Part shown: positions 25,028 to 35,700 of the stretch, piece by piece | How positions within the stretch are numbered: position 1 is the stretch's first letter | How the letters are laid out: every line of letters starts with the position of its first letter | Sequence record: OR769031.1 | DNA from: Escherichia phage Carena | Length of the DNA: 39,283 bases | Direction: 5' to 3' (one strand) | Made by a program: the position numbers and the translations under genes | The notes under the pieces: model-generated | Database searches by the model: none | What the model was told of the DNA's origin: nothing | What the model saw: only the letters and a program-made list of their open reading frames with translations

Positions 25028-26071
25028 ATGGCTAACATGAATGGTGGACAACAGATTGGTAAGGACCAAGGTAAAGGCATGAGCGCTGGTGACAAACTGG
25101 CTCTGTTCCTGAAGGTCTTCGGTGGTGAAGTTCTGACTGCATTTACCCGTACCTCCGTGACTATGAACAAACACCTCGTGCGTTCTATTCAGTCCGGTAA
25201 GTCCGCGCAGTTCCCTGTGCTAGGTCGTACCAAAGCTGCTTACCTGCAACCGGGTGAGAACCTCGATGACAAACGTAAAGACATGAAGCACACTGAGCGT
25301 ACCATTAACATTGATGGTCTGCTGACTGCTGACGTTCTGATTTACGACATCGAAGACGCAATGAACCACTATGACGTGCGTTCTGAGTACACCGCACAGT
25401 TAGGTGAGTCTCTGGCTCTGGCTGCTGATGGCGCGGTTCTGGCTGAAATGGCTAAACTGTGTAACCTTCCGGCTGCATCCAATGAGAACATCGCGGGTCT
25501 TGGTACTGCAAGTGTGCTGGAAGTCGGCGACGCTACTACACTTCAGGCCGACCAAGTGAAGCTGGGTCAGGCAATTATTGCACAGTTGACTCTGGCTCGT
25601 GCGCGTCTGACTAAGAACTATGTTCCGTCTGCTGACCGTACCTTCTACACGACTCCTGATAACTACTCAGCGATTCTGGCTGCTCTGATGCCTAACGCTG
25701 CAAACTATCAGGCACTGATTGACCCGTCTACTGGTTCTATCCGCAACGTCATGGGCTTTGAAGTAATCGAAGTTCCGCATCTGACCGCTGGTGGTGCTGG
25801 CGAAGACCGTCCAGAAGAAGGCGTGAACCCGACCGGTCAGAAACACGCGTTCCCTGAGACCGCTAGTGGTGACACTAAGGTTGCTCTGGACAACGTGGTA
25901 GGTCTGTTCTGCCACCGCTCTGCCGTTGGTACTGTTAAGCTGAAAGACATGGCGCTGGAACGTGCTCGTCGTGCAAACTATCAGGCTGACCAGATTATCG
26001 CTAAGTACGCGATGGGTCACGGTGGTCTGCGCCCTGAAGCTGTAGGTGCGCTGGTTTTCAACAAGGCTTAA
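25028..26071 (+). CDS. 10A: Major capsid protein 10A, 347 aa
   Basis: GGQQ.G..QGKG, DKLALFLKVFGGEVLTAF, IAKYAMGHGGLRPEA as in T7 gp10A. Confidence 0.98.
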   Translation: MANMNGGQQIGKDQGKGMSAGDKLALFLKVFGGEVLTAFTRTSVTMNKHLVRSIQSGKSAQFPVLGRTKAAYLQPGENLDDKRKDMKHTERTINIDGLLTADVLIYDIEDAMNHYDVRSEYTAQLGESLALAADGAVLAEMAKLCNLPAASNENIAGLGTASVLEVGDATTLQADQVKLGQAIIAQLTLARARLTKNYVPSADRTFYTTPDNYSAILAALMPNAANYQALIDPSTGSIRNVMGFEVIEVPHLTAGGAGEDRPEEGVNPTGQKHAFPETASGDTKVALDNVVGLFCHRSAVGTVKLKDMALERARRANYQADQIIAKYAMGHGGLRPEAVGALVFNKA

Positions 26072-26205
26072 CTTCTCGCAAACTCGTAGGGGACACTGAG
26101 TCCCTTACTGAAGTTGAGCAAGAGCTAACGCCACAACAGAAAGCTGCCCGTACCCGTGCGGCAAACAAGGCTCGAAAGGAAGCTGAGTTAGCTGCTACTG
26201 AATGA
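25028..26205 (+). CDS. 10B: Minor capsid protein 10B produced by -1 ribosomal frameshift near the end of 10A
   Basis: Heptamer G GTT TTC at 26053-26059 near the 10A stop; the -1 frame is open for 50 more codons to TGA at 26203-26205, as in the T7 10A/10B arrangement. Confidence 0.6.
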
Positions 26206-26216
26206 TAACTATATGA

Positions 26217-26260
26217 AACCCCTTGGGTGCCTTCGCGGGTGCTTGAGGGGTTTTTTTTTT
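26217..26260 (+). terminator. T-phi-like late terminator
   Basis: CCCCTTGGGTGCC-TTCG-CGGGTGCTTGAGGGG followed by T10; closely resembles the recalled T7 T-phi sequence. Confidence 0.8.
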
Positions 26261-26267
26261 CGTACCA

Positions 26268-26290
26268 CTAATAGACTCACTAATGGGAGG
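26268..26290 (+). promoter_or_regulatory. Degenerate phage RNAP promoter (phi11-like)
   Basis: CTAATAGACTCACTAATGGGAGG; GACTCACTA core intact, upstream part shifted by 1 nt. Confidence 0.5.
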
Positions 26291-26298
26291 AAATCACT

Positions 26299-26889
26299 AT
26301 GCGTTCCTATGAGACTACCCTAGAGACTGGCGAAGAGTTGGCTGCGGTCAATGACATCTTGGCCTCTATCGGTGAACCGCCTGTGTCCACTTTGGAAGGT
26401 GATGCTAACGCCGATGTTACCAACGCTCGTCGAGTTCTCAATAAGATTAACCGACAGATTCAGTCAAAGGGCTGGACGTTCAACATTGAGGAAGACCAAC
26501 AGTTGCTCCCTGATGTGTTCAACGGATTGATTCCTTACATGTCCGACTACCTGTCTGTGATGACACCGGGAGGAGCTACTGCCTATGTCAATCGAGGTGG
26601 TTACGTGTTTGACCGGACTACTGGAACTGATGTGTTTAAAGAACCAATCACTGTGACCATTATCAAGCTCCGAGAGTTCTACGAGATGCCTGAGTGTTTC
26701 CGCTTCTGGATTGTCACCAAAGCTGCCCGTCAGTTTAACAACAGGTTCTTTGGTGCTCCTGAGATTGACGCAGTGTTAGCTGAAGAAGAGCAAGAAGCAA
26801 AGATGCAATGTCACGAGTATGAATTGGACTTTGGTAACTTCAACATGCTTGATGGTGATGCCTTCACTGGCGGTCTGCTATCTCGCTAA
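26299..26889 (+). CDS. 11: Tail tubular protein A (gp11), 196 aa
   Basis: Near-identical N-terminus to T7 gp11 (MRSY...[25 protein letters not shown]). Confidence 0.95.
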   Translation: MRSYETTLETGEELAAVNDILASIGEPPVSTLEGDANADVTNARRVLNKINRQIQSKGWTFNIEEDQQLLPDVFNGLIPYMSDYLSVMTPGGATAYVNRGGYVFDRTTGTDVFKEPITVTIIKLREFYEMPECFRFWIVTKAARQFNNRFFGAPEIDAVLAEEEQEAKMQCHEYELDFGNFNMLDGDAFTGGLLSR

Positions 26890-26914
26890 TGATAACAACT
26901 TAAGGAGGTCTCTA

Positions 26915-29293
26915 ATGGCTCTTATTTCACAATCCGTCAAGAACCTGAAGGGCGGTATCAGTCAACAGCCGAACATCTTAAGGTTCCCCGAACAGGGTTC
27001 CGAACAGATTAACGGCTGGTCTTCGGAGACTGAGGGTCTTCAGAAGCGTCCACCTTTTGTCTTCACTAAGACCATTGGAGACCAGAATGCCCTTGGTACA
27101 AAACCACTCATCCACTTAATCAACCGTGATAGCGTAGAACAGTATTACGTTGTGTTCACAGGACAGGCAGTCCGAGTGTTCGACCTAAATGGCAAAGAGT
27201 ACACAGTGAAGGGTGACTTGAGTTACGTGAAGGTAGGGAACCCGCGTGATGACCTACGAATGGTGACGGTTGCTGACTATACGTTTATCGTTAACCGAAA
27301 CATGGTGGTTCGTGCCGATAAGACACCGCTCTATACTCTAAAAGAGAACGGAGACTGTTTGATTAACGTTCGTGGTGGACAATATGGGCGCACCTTGGCG
27401 TTCACAATAAACAACGTCCGCATTGAGTACAAGATTGCACAAGGTGACAAGCCTGAACACGTGCAAGAGACCGATGCGCAGTGGCTCGTTAAGAAACTGG
27501 CAGGTCTTGCTCGTGCTCACGGTTCCTTCAAGGACTGGAAGTTCAACGAAGGGTCTGGCTTCATCCACGTCATCGCTCCGGGTAACAGTCAGATTAACCA
27601 GTTGTCCACTGAGGATGGTTATGCTAACCAGTTGATGAATGCTGTAATGCACACAAGCCAGTCATTCAGTAAGTTGCCAATCGAGGCTCCTAATGGATAC
27701 ACTGTGAAGATTGTAGGTGACACCTCTAAGACTTCCGATATGTTCTATGTCCAGTATGACAACGTGAAGAAAGTCTGGAAGGAAGTCGCCGGATGGGGAG
27801 TTGAGAAGGGTCTCAATGGTGACACTATGCCACATGCTTTGGTTCGTCAATCAGACGGCTCCTTCGCTATGCAGGTTCTACCGTGGGCACAGCGCTCATG
27901 TGGGGACATGGATACTAACCCGACTCCTTCTATCGTAGACCAGAAGATTAACGATGTGTTCTTCTTCCGTAACCGCTTAGGGTTCCTAGCTGGTGAGAAC
28001 ATTGTGATGTCTCGTACCTCCAAGTATTTCTCGCTGTTCCCTGCATCCGTGGCTAACCTGTCAGATGATGACCCGATTGATGTGGCTGTATCCCACAACC
28101 GTATCTCAATCCTGAAGTATGCCGTACCGTTCTCTGAAGAGTTGCTGCTATGGTCTGACCAAGCACAGTTCGTTCTGTCTGCCTCTGGTATCCTCTCACC
28201 GAAGTCTGTAGAGTTGAACCTTACGACTGAGTTCGATGTATCCGACCGTGCGCGCCCTTATGGTGTTGGTCGTGGTGTATACTTTGCGTCACCTCGTGCA
28301 TCTTATACATCACTGAACCGCTACTATGCTGTACAGGACGTAAGTTCAGTTAAGTCCGCTGAGGATATGAGTGCTCACGTTCCAAGCTACATCCCCAACG
28401 GTGTGTTCTCCATTCGTGGGTCTGGTACTGAGAACTTTATCTCTGTGCTCTCCGCGAACGCCCCTAGTAAAATCTTCCTGTACAAATTCCTGTACCTAAA
28501 CGAAGAGATTGCACAACAGGCGTGGTCACATTGGGAACTTGGAAGTAACGTAACGGTTCTGGCTTGTGACTCTATCGGCTCAACTATGTACCTTGTGTTG
28601 CGCAATCAGTCACACACTTGGATGTGCCGAGCACACTTTACGAAGAACAGCATTGACTTCGATAGCGAGCCTTACCGCTTGTATATTGACAACAAGATAA
28701 AGTATGTGATTCCTAAAGGTGCCTACAACGATGACACTTACACGACCACTATCAAGCCTGTGGACATCTACGGGATGAAGTATTGGAATGGTAAGTTCTA
28801 CATCGTAGCCTCTGATGGTCTGGTATCGTGGTTCGAGCCACCTCGTGGTGGATGGCCTAACGGTGTCCCTGTGTTGTCAATGAGTGGGAACCGAGAGGGT
28901 GAGACTATTTACATTGGGTTGGCTATAGACTTCCGTTATGTGTTCTCTAAGTTCCTCATTAAGAAGACTGCCGATGATGGTTCAACAGCTACCGAGGATA
29001 TTGGGCGCTTGCAGCTTCGCCGTGCGTGGGTCAACTATGAGGACTCCGGTGCATTCACTGTGGAGGTTGAGAACACCTCTCGCCTCTTCAGGTACGACAT
29101 GGCGGGTGCCCGCTTGGGTTCCAATGCTCTACGTGCTGGTGGACTTAATGTTGGTACTGGTCAGTTCCGCTTCCCGGTTGCTGGCAACGCACAGTTGAAC
29201 GAAGTAAGGATTATCTCTGACCACACTACACCACTTAACGTGATTGGTTGTGGCTGGGAAGGTAACTACCTACGTCGCTCTTCTGGTATCTAA
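26915..29293 (+). CDS. 12: Tail tubular protein B (gp12), 792 aa
   Basis: Start at ATG with AAGGAGG upstream (track ORF begins earlier at 26819); MALISQS.KNLKGGISQQP.ILR.P.QGS as in T7 gp12. Confidence 0.95.
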   Translation: MALISQSVKNLKGGISQQPNILRFPEQGSEQINGWSSETEGLQKRPPFVFTKTIGDQNALGTKPLIHLINRDSVEQYYVVFTGQAVRVFDLNGKEYTVKGDLSYVKVGNPRDDLRMVTVADYTFIVNRNMVVRADKTPLYTLKENGDCLINVRGGQYGRTLAFTINNVRIEYKIAQGDKPEHVQETDAQWLVKKLAGLARAHGSFKDWKFNEGSGFIHVIAPGNSQINQLSTEDGYANQLMNAVMHTSQSFSKLPIEAPNGYTVKIVGDTSKTSDMFYVQYDNVKKVWKEVAGWGVEKGLNGDTMPHALVRQSDGSFAMQVLPWAQRSCGDMDTNPTPSIVDQKINDVFFFRNRLGFLAGENIVMSRTSKYFSLFPASVANLSDDDPIDVAVSHNRISILKYAVPFSEELLLWSDQAQFVLSASGILSPKSVELNLTTEFDVSDRARPYGVGRGVYFASPRASYTSLNRYYAVQDVSSVKSAEDMSAHVPSYIPNGVFSIRGSGTENFISVLSANAPSKIFLYKFLYLNEEIAQQAWSHWELGSNVTVLACDSIGSTMYLVLRNQSHTWMCRAHFTKNSIDFDSEPYRLYIDNKIKYVIPKGAYNDDTYTTTIKPVDIYGMKYWNGKFYIVASDGLVSWFEPPRGGWPNGVPVLSMSGNREGETIYIGLAIDFRYVFSKFLIKKTADDGSTATEDIGRLQLRRAWVNYEDSGAFTVEVENTSRLFRYDMAGARLGSNALRAGGLNVGTGQFRFPVAGNAQLNEVRIISDHTTPLNVIGCGWEGNYLRRSSGI

Positions 29294-29323
29294 AATGAAA
29301 ACACCCCCGACTCAATAAGTGAA

Positions 29324-29346
29324 CAATACGACTCACTATTGGGAAG
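29324..29346 (+). promoter_or_regulatory. Phage RNAP promoter (phi13-like)
   Basis: CAATACGACTCACTATTGGGAAG; flanked by CCCCC / GGGGGG runs. Confidence 0.8.
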
Positions 29347-29373
29347 GGGGGTTTATACTTAAAGGAGAACTCT

Positions 29374-29787
29374 ATGTTAATAATCAGACCTACTAAAGAA
29401 TCAGACTTTACTAGATTCACTCCGTCACCTGAAGACATCGCTGAGGCACATGCCTACGGGATTGAACCATCATTTCCACCAGCTAATGAGTGCGTCACTA
29501 TGTCACTTCACGGTATGCCAGTGGCTATCGGTGGTAACTGTGGCGACCAAGTGTGGTTCGTAACGTCCGCTCGTGTCTGGAAACTAAGCATGAAGACACG
29601 AAGAGAGTTCCGAAAGCTCATTCTGGAGTATCGTGATACCATGCTCAAACAGTATCCGATTATCTGGAACTACGTTTGGGTCGGCAACAAGTCCCACATT
29701 AGGTTCTTGAAGTCTATTGGTGCGGTGTTCCATAATGAGTTTACTGGTGACAGTAATCAATTCCAACTATTCACTATAGGAGGTTAA
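29374..29787 (+). CDS. 13: Internal virion / assembly protein gp13, 137 aa
   Basis: Position and size as T7 gp13 (138 aa). Confidence 0.8.
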   Translation: MLIIRPTKESDFTRFTPSPEDIAEAHAYGIEPSFPPANECVTMSLHGMPVAIGGNCGDQVWFVTSARVWKLSMKTRREFRKLILEYRDTMLKQYPIIWNYVWVGNKSHIRFLKSIGAVFHNEFTGDSNQFQLFTIGG

Positions 29788-29789
29788 CT

Positions 29790-30395
29790 ATGTGCTGGAT
29801 GGCTGCAATCCCAATCGCCATGCAAGGTGCGTCTATGGTAATGGGCGGCATGCAGGGTGAACAGGCAAAGGCCGCACAGATTGACCAAGGTCGTCGACAA
29901 AGCTGGCAGATGATTAAGGAGATGAACTACAACGATGCTAACCTTAAGTTAGAATCCCGTGACCTCATCGACTCGACTGTCCAAGAGATGACCCAAGCGA
30001 ATATGAACCGTGTGCGAAACATGGGGACTATCCGTGCGGCAATCGGTGAAGGGATGCTTGAAGGTAACTCAATGGAACGTGTAGCTCGCGTTACTGAGGG
30101 TGACTTCCTTCGAGAGTCTCAAGGTCTCACCGAGAACTACCAACGTGACTACAGTGTCATCTTAGGGAAGCGTTTAGCTAACCACGAGAACACAGTGAGT
30201 CAGATTAAAGAAATCAACAAGTCCGAGCCAAAACTCAAAGGCCGCTTAGAGCAAATCATCGACCCATTAGGTTTGGGTATGGGTAAGCTGGCTGGCATTG
30301 CAACTGCTGGTGGACTCTTCGAGGGCAAGTTGGCTAAGAAGGCTGCCTCTAAGGTTAAGGCTTCGGATGCTAAGTCAACAGGCCAAGGTAAATAA
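29790..30395 (+). CDS. 14: Internal virion protein A (gp14), 201 aa
   Basis: MCW.AAIPIA...RAAIGE.MLEG.SM.R..RVTEG.F.RE as in T7 gp14. Confidence 0.9.
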   Translation: MCWMAAIPIAMQGASMVMGGMQGEQAKAAQIDQGRRQSWQMIKEMNYNDANLKLESRDLIDSTVQEMTQANMNRVRNMGTIRAAIGEGMLEGNSMERVARVTEGDFLRESQGLTENYQRDYSVILGKRLANHENTVSQIKEINKSEPKLKGRLEQIIDPLGLGMGKLAGIATAGGLFEGKLAKKAASKVKASDAKSTGQGK

Positions 30396-30409
30396 AGGAG
30401 GTACAGTTT

Positions 30410-32689
30410 ATGAGTAAGTTAGCGCAAGCATTGGGTAGCATGAATGCTCCGGCTACTAGTCGGCTGCGTGGAACTGGTCGTATGGAAGTTAAGGCCGCAA
30501 CAGTCTACGAAGACCCTAAGTATGCCAAGAAGTCCGCTCTGATTGGTACTGTAGGTAAACTTGCTGAGATGGGTGCGGATGCTTATATGAAGTATGACCA
30601 GCACCAGAAGGACAAGGCAGACGAACGCTCTAACGAGATTATTCGTAAGCTGACTCCTGAGCAACGTCGAGAGGCCATTAAGAATGGGACACTGTTATAT
30701 CAGGATGACCCTTACGCGATGGAAGCCCTCAAGACTAAGACTGGTCGTAACGCTGCATATCTCGTAGATGACGAAGTGGCACAGAAGGTGAAGAACGGTG
30801 AGTTCCGTACTCGTCAAGAGTTGGAAGAGTTCCGTCACAGCCGACTGCAAGAAGCCGCTAAGAACTATGCGGAACAGTTTGGTATCGACGAGACCGATGA
30901 GTATTACCAGAAGGGATTCAACTCTGACATCACCGAGCGTAACATTGCTCTCTATGGTGCTCACGATAACTTCCTGAGTGACCAAGCTAAGAAGGGTGCT
31001 GTCATCAACAGTCGCGTAGAGTTGAACTCTGTGTTGAACGACCCGGACACCCTACGTTCTCCGTATGCTGGTGAGTTCTTTGAGAACTACTTCAGTGCCG
31101 GATTGACTACAGGAAGTATCCCTAGTGATGACCAAGCGTTCACCATGATTAGCCAAGGTCTCTCTGACGTGGTTAACCGTGAGGGCGGTGGTCAGTTCCT
31201 GCAACAGATTGAGAACCGTAAGGTCAAACTGCATGGCAAGGAGACTACATTCAAGGAACTGATGGGTGCCGAACAGTGGAATAACTTGATGGTCAAGGCT
31301 CAACATAATGAGTTCCAACTGAACGCTAAGAAGACCGAGGCGTTCCAGCTTAATGTGAACTCCGCGTTGAACCAAGAGAACGTCAACACTGGATGGGAAC
31401 AGCTTCAGTCTATCAAGGCAGAACTGGACATGCTGCAACCGGGCGAAGAGATGACACCTGAACGTCAGGCTCTAATCAACGCACAGACGCAGATGCAGGA
31501 CCGCATGAAGCGAGAGACCGCTGAGTTAGCCAAGCAGATGGACAAGCAACAGAAGTCAATGAACAAGATGAACGTCATTGATGCACAGTTTCAGAAGCGA
31601 CTGAACGGTGAATATGTGTCTACTGCGTATGGCGATATGCCTACCAATGAGAACACTGGTGAGTTCACTCATAGCGATATGGTTAACTATGCGAACAAGA
31701 AGTTAGCCGACATTGACGCTATGGACATCCCTGCTGAACAGAAGGACCGCATGAAGCTCGACTACCTCAAGGCTGACTCTGAGAAGGGTGCTTTCCGTAC
31801 TGCGGTTGGTGAACTTATCGGGGACGCTGAGAAGGAATGGACGTCTGCTGTGATTAACGGGAAGATGCCCGAAGATGGTGGGGTGGCACTCAATGCCCTT
31901 CGTCGTGTTCGTAATGCTGACCCTGAGTTATTCGCTGCGTTGTACCCTGATAAAGCCGAGATGTTCCTCACGATGGACATGATGGACAACCAAGGGATTG
32001 ACCCGCAGATTCTCTTAGATGCGGATAAGGCCCGACAGTCTCTGACCAAGGATATGCAGTACGAGGATGACAAGGCATGGGCTGCTCTCAAGAACAACTC
32101 ACAGTCTCCTGAACTGTCCCGTATGCCAGCCACACTTGATGCAGGTGCCCGTAAGATTTACGACTCCGTTAAGTACCGCACAGGTAACGCTGATATGGCA
32201 ATGCAACAGGTCGATAAGTATCTCAAAGAGAACACAACGACTCTCACTGGTGATGATGTTGATGGTGATACCATTGGTGTCTTGACGAGAAACTCTCTGC
32301 GTGTGACCGATGACCCGGACTCTTGGAAACAAGGTAAGGACATCATCGACCAAGCCGCGAAGAAACTCGCTGAGACGAACCCTTGGGTGACTAATAAGCA
32401 ACTCACTGTGTTCGAGCGTGGTGACTCTATCTACCTGATGGACACTACCGGACAGGTTAACGTAAGGTATGACAAGCAGTTGCTCTCGAAGATGTACCAA
32501 GAGAATCAGGCCAAGTTGGATGCGGAAGCACGAGACAAGGCACTCAAAGATGCCAATAAGCGAACCTTGCATACACGAGCTATGAACCGTAAACGTGAAC
32601 GTGAGGCCAAGAAACCTAAGCGTTCTGGCAGCATGTACGATTCGGTAAGTGGTAAAGGTATTCTGGATACGCTGACTGGTAAAGACTAA
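30410..32689 (+). CDS. 15: Internal virion protein B (gp15), 759 aa
   Basis: Position and size as T7 gp15 (747 aa); SD AAGGAGG. Confidence 0.9.
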   Translation: MSKLAQALGSMNAPATSRLRGTGRMEVKAATVYEDPKYAKKSALIGTVGKLAEMGADAYMKYDQHQKDKADERSNEIIRKLTPEQRREAIKNGTLLYQDDPYAMEALKTKTGRNAAYLVDDEVAQKVKNGEFRTRQELEEFRHSRLQEAAKNYAEQFGIDETDEYYQKGFNSDITERNIALYGAHDNFLSDQAKKGAVINSRVELNSVLNDPDTLRSPYAGEFFENYFSAGLTTGSIPSDDQAFTMISQGLSDVVNREGGGQFLQQIENRKVKLHGKETTFKELMGAEQWNNLMVKAQHNEFQLNAKKTEAFQLNVNSALNQENVNTGWEQLQSIKAELDMLQPGEEMTPERQALINAQTQMQDRMKRETAELAKQMDKQQKSMNKMNVIDAQFQKRLNGEYVSTAYGDMPTNENTGEFTHSDMVNYANKKLADIDAMDIPAEQKDRMKLDYLKADSEKGAFRTAVGELIGDAEKEWTSAVINGKMPEDGGVALNALRRVRNADPELFAALYPDKAEMFLTMDMMDNQGIDPQILLDADKARQSLTKDMQYEDDKAWAALKNNSQSPELSRMPATLDAGARKIYDSVKYRTGNADMAMQQVDKYLKENTTTLTGDDVDGDTIGVLTRNSLRVTDDPDSWKQGKDIIDQAAKKLAETNPWVTNKQLTVFERGDSIYLMDTTGQVNVRYDKQLLSKMYQENQAKLDAEARDKALKDANKRTLHTRAMNRKREREAKKPKRSGSMYDSVSGKGILDTLTGKD

Positions 32690-32712
32690 CAGACCACAAT
32701 AGGAGGTTCCAA

Positions 32713-35700
32713 GTGGATAAGTATAACCCGAACGAACCGCATGAATATGATGCGTTATTTCAACAAGCTGCTGACACACATGGAGTCTCCTATGGCCTTC
32801 TTCGGAAGGTCGGTTGGGTAGAGTCCCGATTCAATCCGAAGGCCCAATCCAAAACCGGGCCACGGGGTGTTATGCAGTTCACTAAGGCAACTGGTCAGGC
32901 TTATGGCCTACTATCTGATGAGGACTTCAACGACCCGGCTAAGTCTATTGATGCTGGCGCTCGATACCTTGCAGACCTCGTTAAGAAGTACAATGGTGAC
33001 GAACTGAAAGCTGCCCTAGCGTACAACCAAGGTGAAGGCCATAATGGTAAGCCACAACTAGAAGCCTACGATTCCGGTAACTTTGCTGGGATTGGGGACG
33101 AAGGGCGAAACTATATCCGTTCACTTCTGGATGTCGCTAAGTCTCCTAAGAGTGGTGACATCGAGTCATTCGGTGGCATCACCCCAAAGGGTAAAGGGAT
33201 TCCGTTTGATGCTGCGATGAGCGGTATCGGGAAGAAAGGAAAGGTAACAACTGAACTCCCTGAGTCTCACTCAATGTCCTTTCAAGGTAAAGAACAGGCC
33301 GCTCCCAATCAGCCGTTCGGTAAAGACTATTGGGAAGCCAAAGGAACTACACTCGACGAAGCTAACGAGCGTTCAACCTTCTTCGGATTCGGTAATGCTG
33401 CTGAAGCAGAACTCTCCAACTCAACCTTGGGTGTGGCCTTCCGTGCTGGTAAGCGTGATAATGGTTTCGATGTTGTTACTGATGTACTTCAACCGACACG
33501 GTTTAACAGCCACATTTGGTCGCCTGAAGAACTCGAAAAGATTCGCAACGAAGTGAAGAACCCGGCGTACATGAACGTAGTGCTTGGAGGTTCCTCTGAG
33601 AATCTGGATGAACTCATCAAGTTAGCCAACGAGAACTATGAGTTGGACGCTAAGGCCGCTGATGCTGGACTTGGTGCGAAACTATCTGCTGGGATTATCG
33701 GTGCTGGTGTGGACCCTCTGACCTACGTTCCAATCGCTGGGACTGCGGCTAAAGGATTCAAACTGGTGAACAAGGCGCTGATTGTTGGCGCACAAGCAGG
33801 TGCTCTTAGCGTTGCCTCTGAGGGTCTGCGTACATCGGTGGCGGGTGGTGATGCTCACTACGCAGAAGCTGCCCTTGCTGGTATGCTGTTCGCTGGTGGA
33901 CTGACTGCTATCGCTGACGGTGTTGCCGCAGGTCTCCGTAAGTCTGGTGCTGAACAGATTGAGAACCCGTTTGCTGCTGCACAGATGCGCTTTGAGGCCC
34001 GTGAGACTGCCCGTAACACTGGTGGGCATGACGCAAGTCGAATGCCTCCTAGTGAAGACCGAGTGTTCTCACAGCACAACGGCGTTGAGTATTCACCTCT
34101 TGAGACCGAACCGGGTGCCGTAGTGTTGCGTGATGGTTCCATTATCAGTGACACCAACTTAGCTAACCCGATGACAGCCAAAGAGTTCGCCGAGGTGGAC
34201 CCTGAACGCGCTGCGTGGGGATTGCCTATGCGTGGACTGAGTGAAATCGGCTTGAGGACTTTACGCTCTGAACATGCCGAAATCCGTGGTCTCGCTAAGG
34301 ACTTAGTGCGTTCACCTACAGGGATGGAGTCTGGCTCACATGGTAAGTTCGGTGCTACCGCATCTGACATCAAAGAGCGACTGCACAGTACCAACCAGCG
34401 AACCTACAATGACCTCTATGCTGCAATGAAGGAAGCAATGGCTGACCCTGAGTGGTCCGTTGGTATGTTCAAGCGTAGTGCTCAAGGTGCCCGTCAGGAA
34501 ATCTATCGCCGTGCTGCTATCGCTATTGAGCGTCCAGAACTTCAAGCCAACTTAACGAAGGCTGAACGTAAGGTGATGGACATCATGAAGGAACACTTCG
34601 ACCTCAAGCGTGAGATGATGGAGAACCCGGCTATGTTCGGTAACAAGGCAACTTCCATCTTCCCTAACAGTCGTCACAAAGGGACTTACGTTCCTCATGT
34701 GTACTCACGGGAAGCCAAGCAGTTGTACGCACAGGCTCTTGGTGGTACTGACGGTTTACAGGAAGCTATTGCTGCAAGCTGGATGACATCGTACCGTTCA
34801 CGTCCTGAAGTTAAGGCCCGTGTGGATGAGATGCTGCTAGAGCAGTTACGGGCATCTCAACCATCAGGTAAGACTGCGGGTACTACACCTAATAAGCACT
34901 CTTCTGTAGACACAGCCAGTTACCAGATGAAACTGGACGATGCGGCTACACAGGCAAGTGATAAGGTAGCAGAACTAAAAGACGTACTTACCAACGCTGA
35001 GAAGCGAGTTGCGGACCGTGAAAGGAAACTCCAGAACTCCAAGGACAGACTGGCTTCGCATGAGGCTAAGCTGAAGGAGTTAGAAGAAAAACTAGCTGCT
35101 AAACCTAATAGCAAAACCATCCCTGTTAAGATTGAGAGCCGGAAGAAGATGATTGAGACCCAGAAGTCTCACGTCCGTGTTAACACAGATCGTCTCGACT
35201 ACATGAAAGGACAGGTTACTAAGGTCCAAGACAGAATCACCAAAGCCACCTCCGAAGCTGAAGAAGCCGCCTCTGCTGTCAAAGGTGCACAAGCTGCTCC
35301 GGCTAAACCTTCAGAGCGCCGGAAGTTTGACACAGACGAGAAGGTGGAACCAAATGTAGACGAAGAGGCTGTGCTTAGTCAGATGGCTGAGAAGTACGCT
35401 ATGGACAAGGCTTATGGCATTGCGAAGACCGATGAGTTCAACTCTTCAAGTGTCATCGACGATAACATTGAGGGTCTCGTAGGGATTGAGAACAACTCGT
35501 TCCTTGAAGCCCGTAACCTGTTCGACTCTGACATGCCAATCACCTTACCGAATGGACAACAGTTCTCTGTGAATGACCTCCGTGACTTCGATATGAAGCA
35601 TGTGATGCCAGCCTATGACCGCCGTATTGATGGTGACATCGCTATCATGGGAGGTACAGGAAAGACTACTGCTGAACTCAAGGATTCCATTATGGCTCTC

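Noticed and set aside
29301-29350. CCCCC ... GGGGGG runs flanking promoter phi13 as a possible terminator hairpin
   Set aside because: The would-be loop is about 35 nt and contains the promoter itself; no U-tract follows. More likely part of the promoter's GGGAAGGGGGG initiating sequence.
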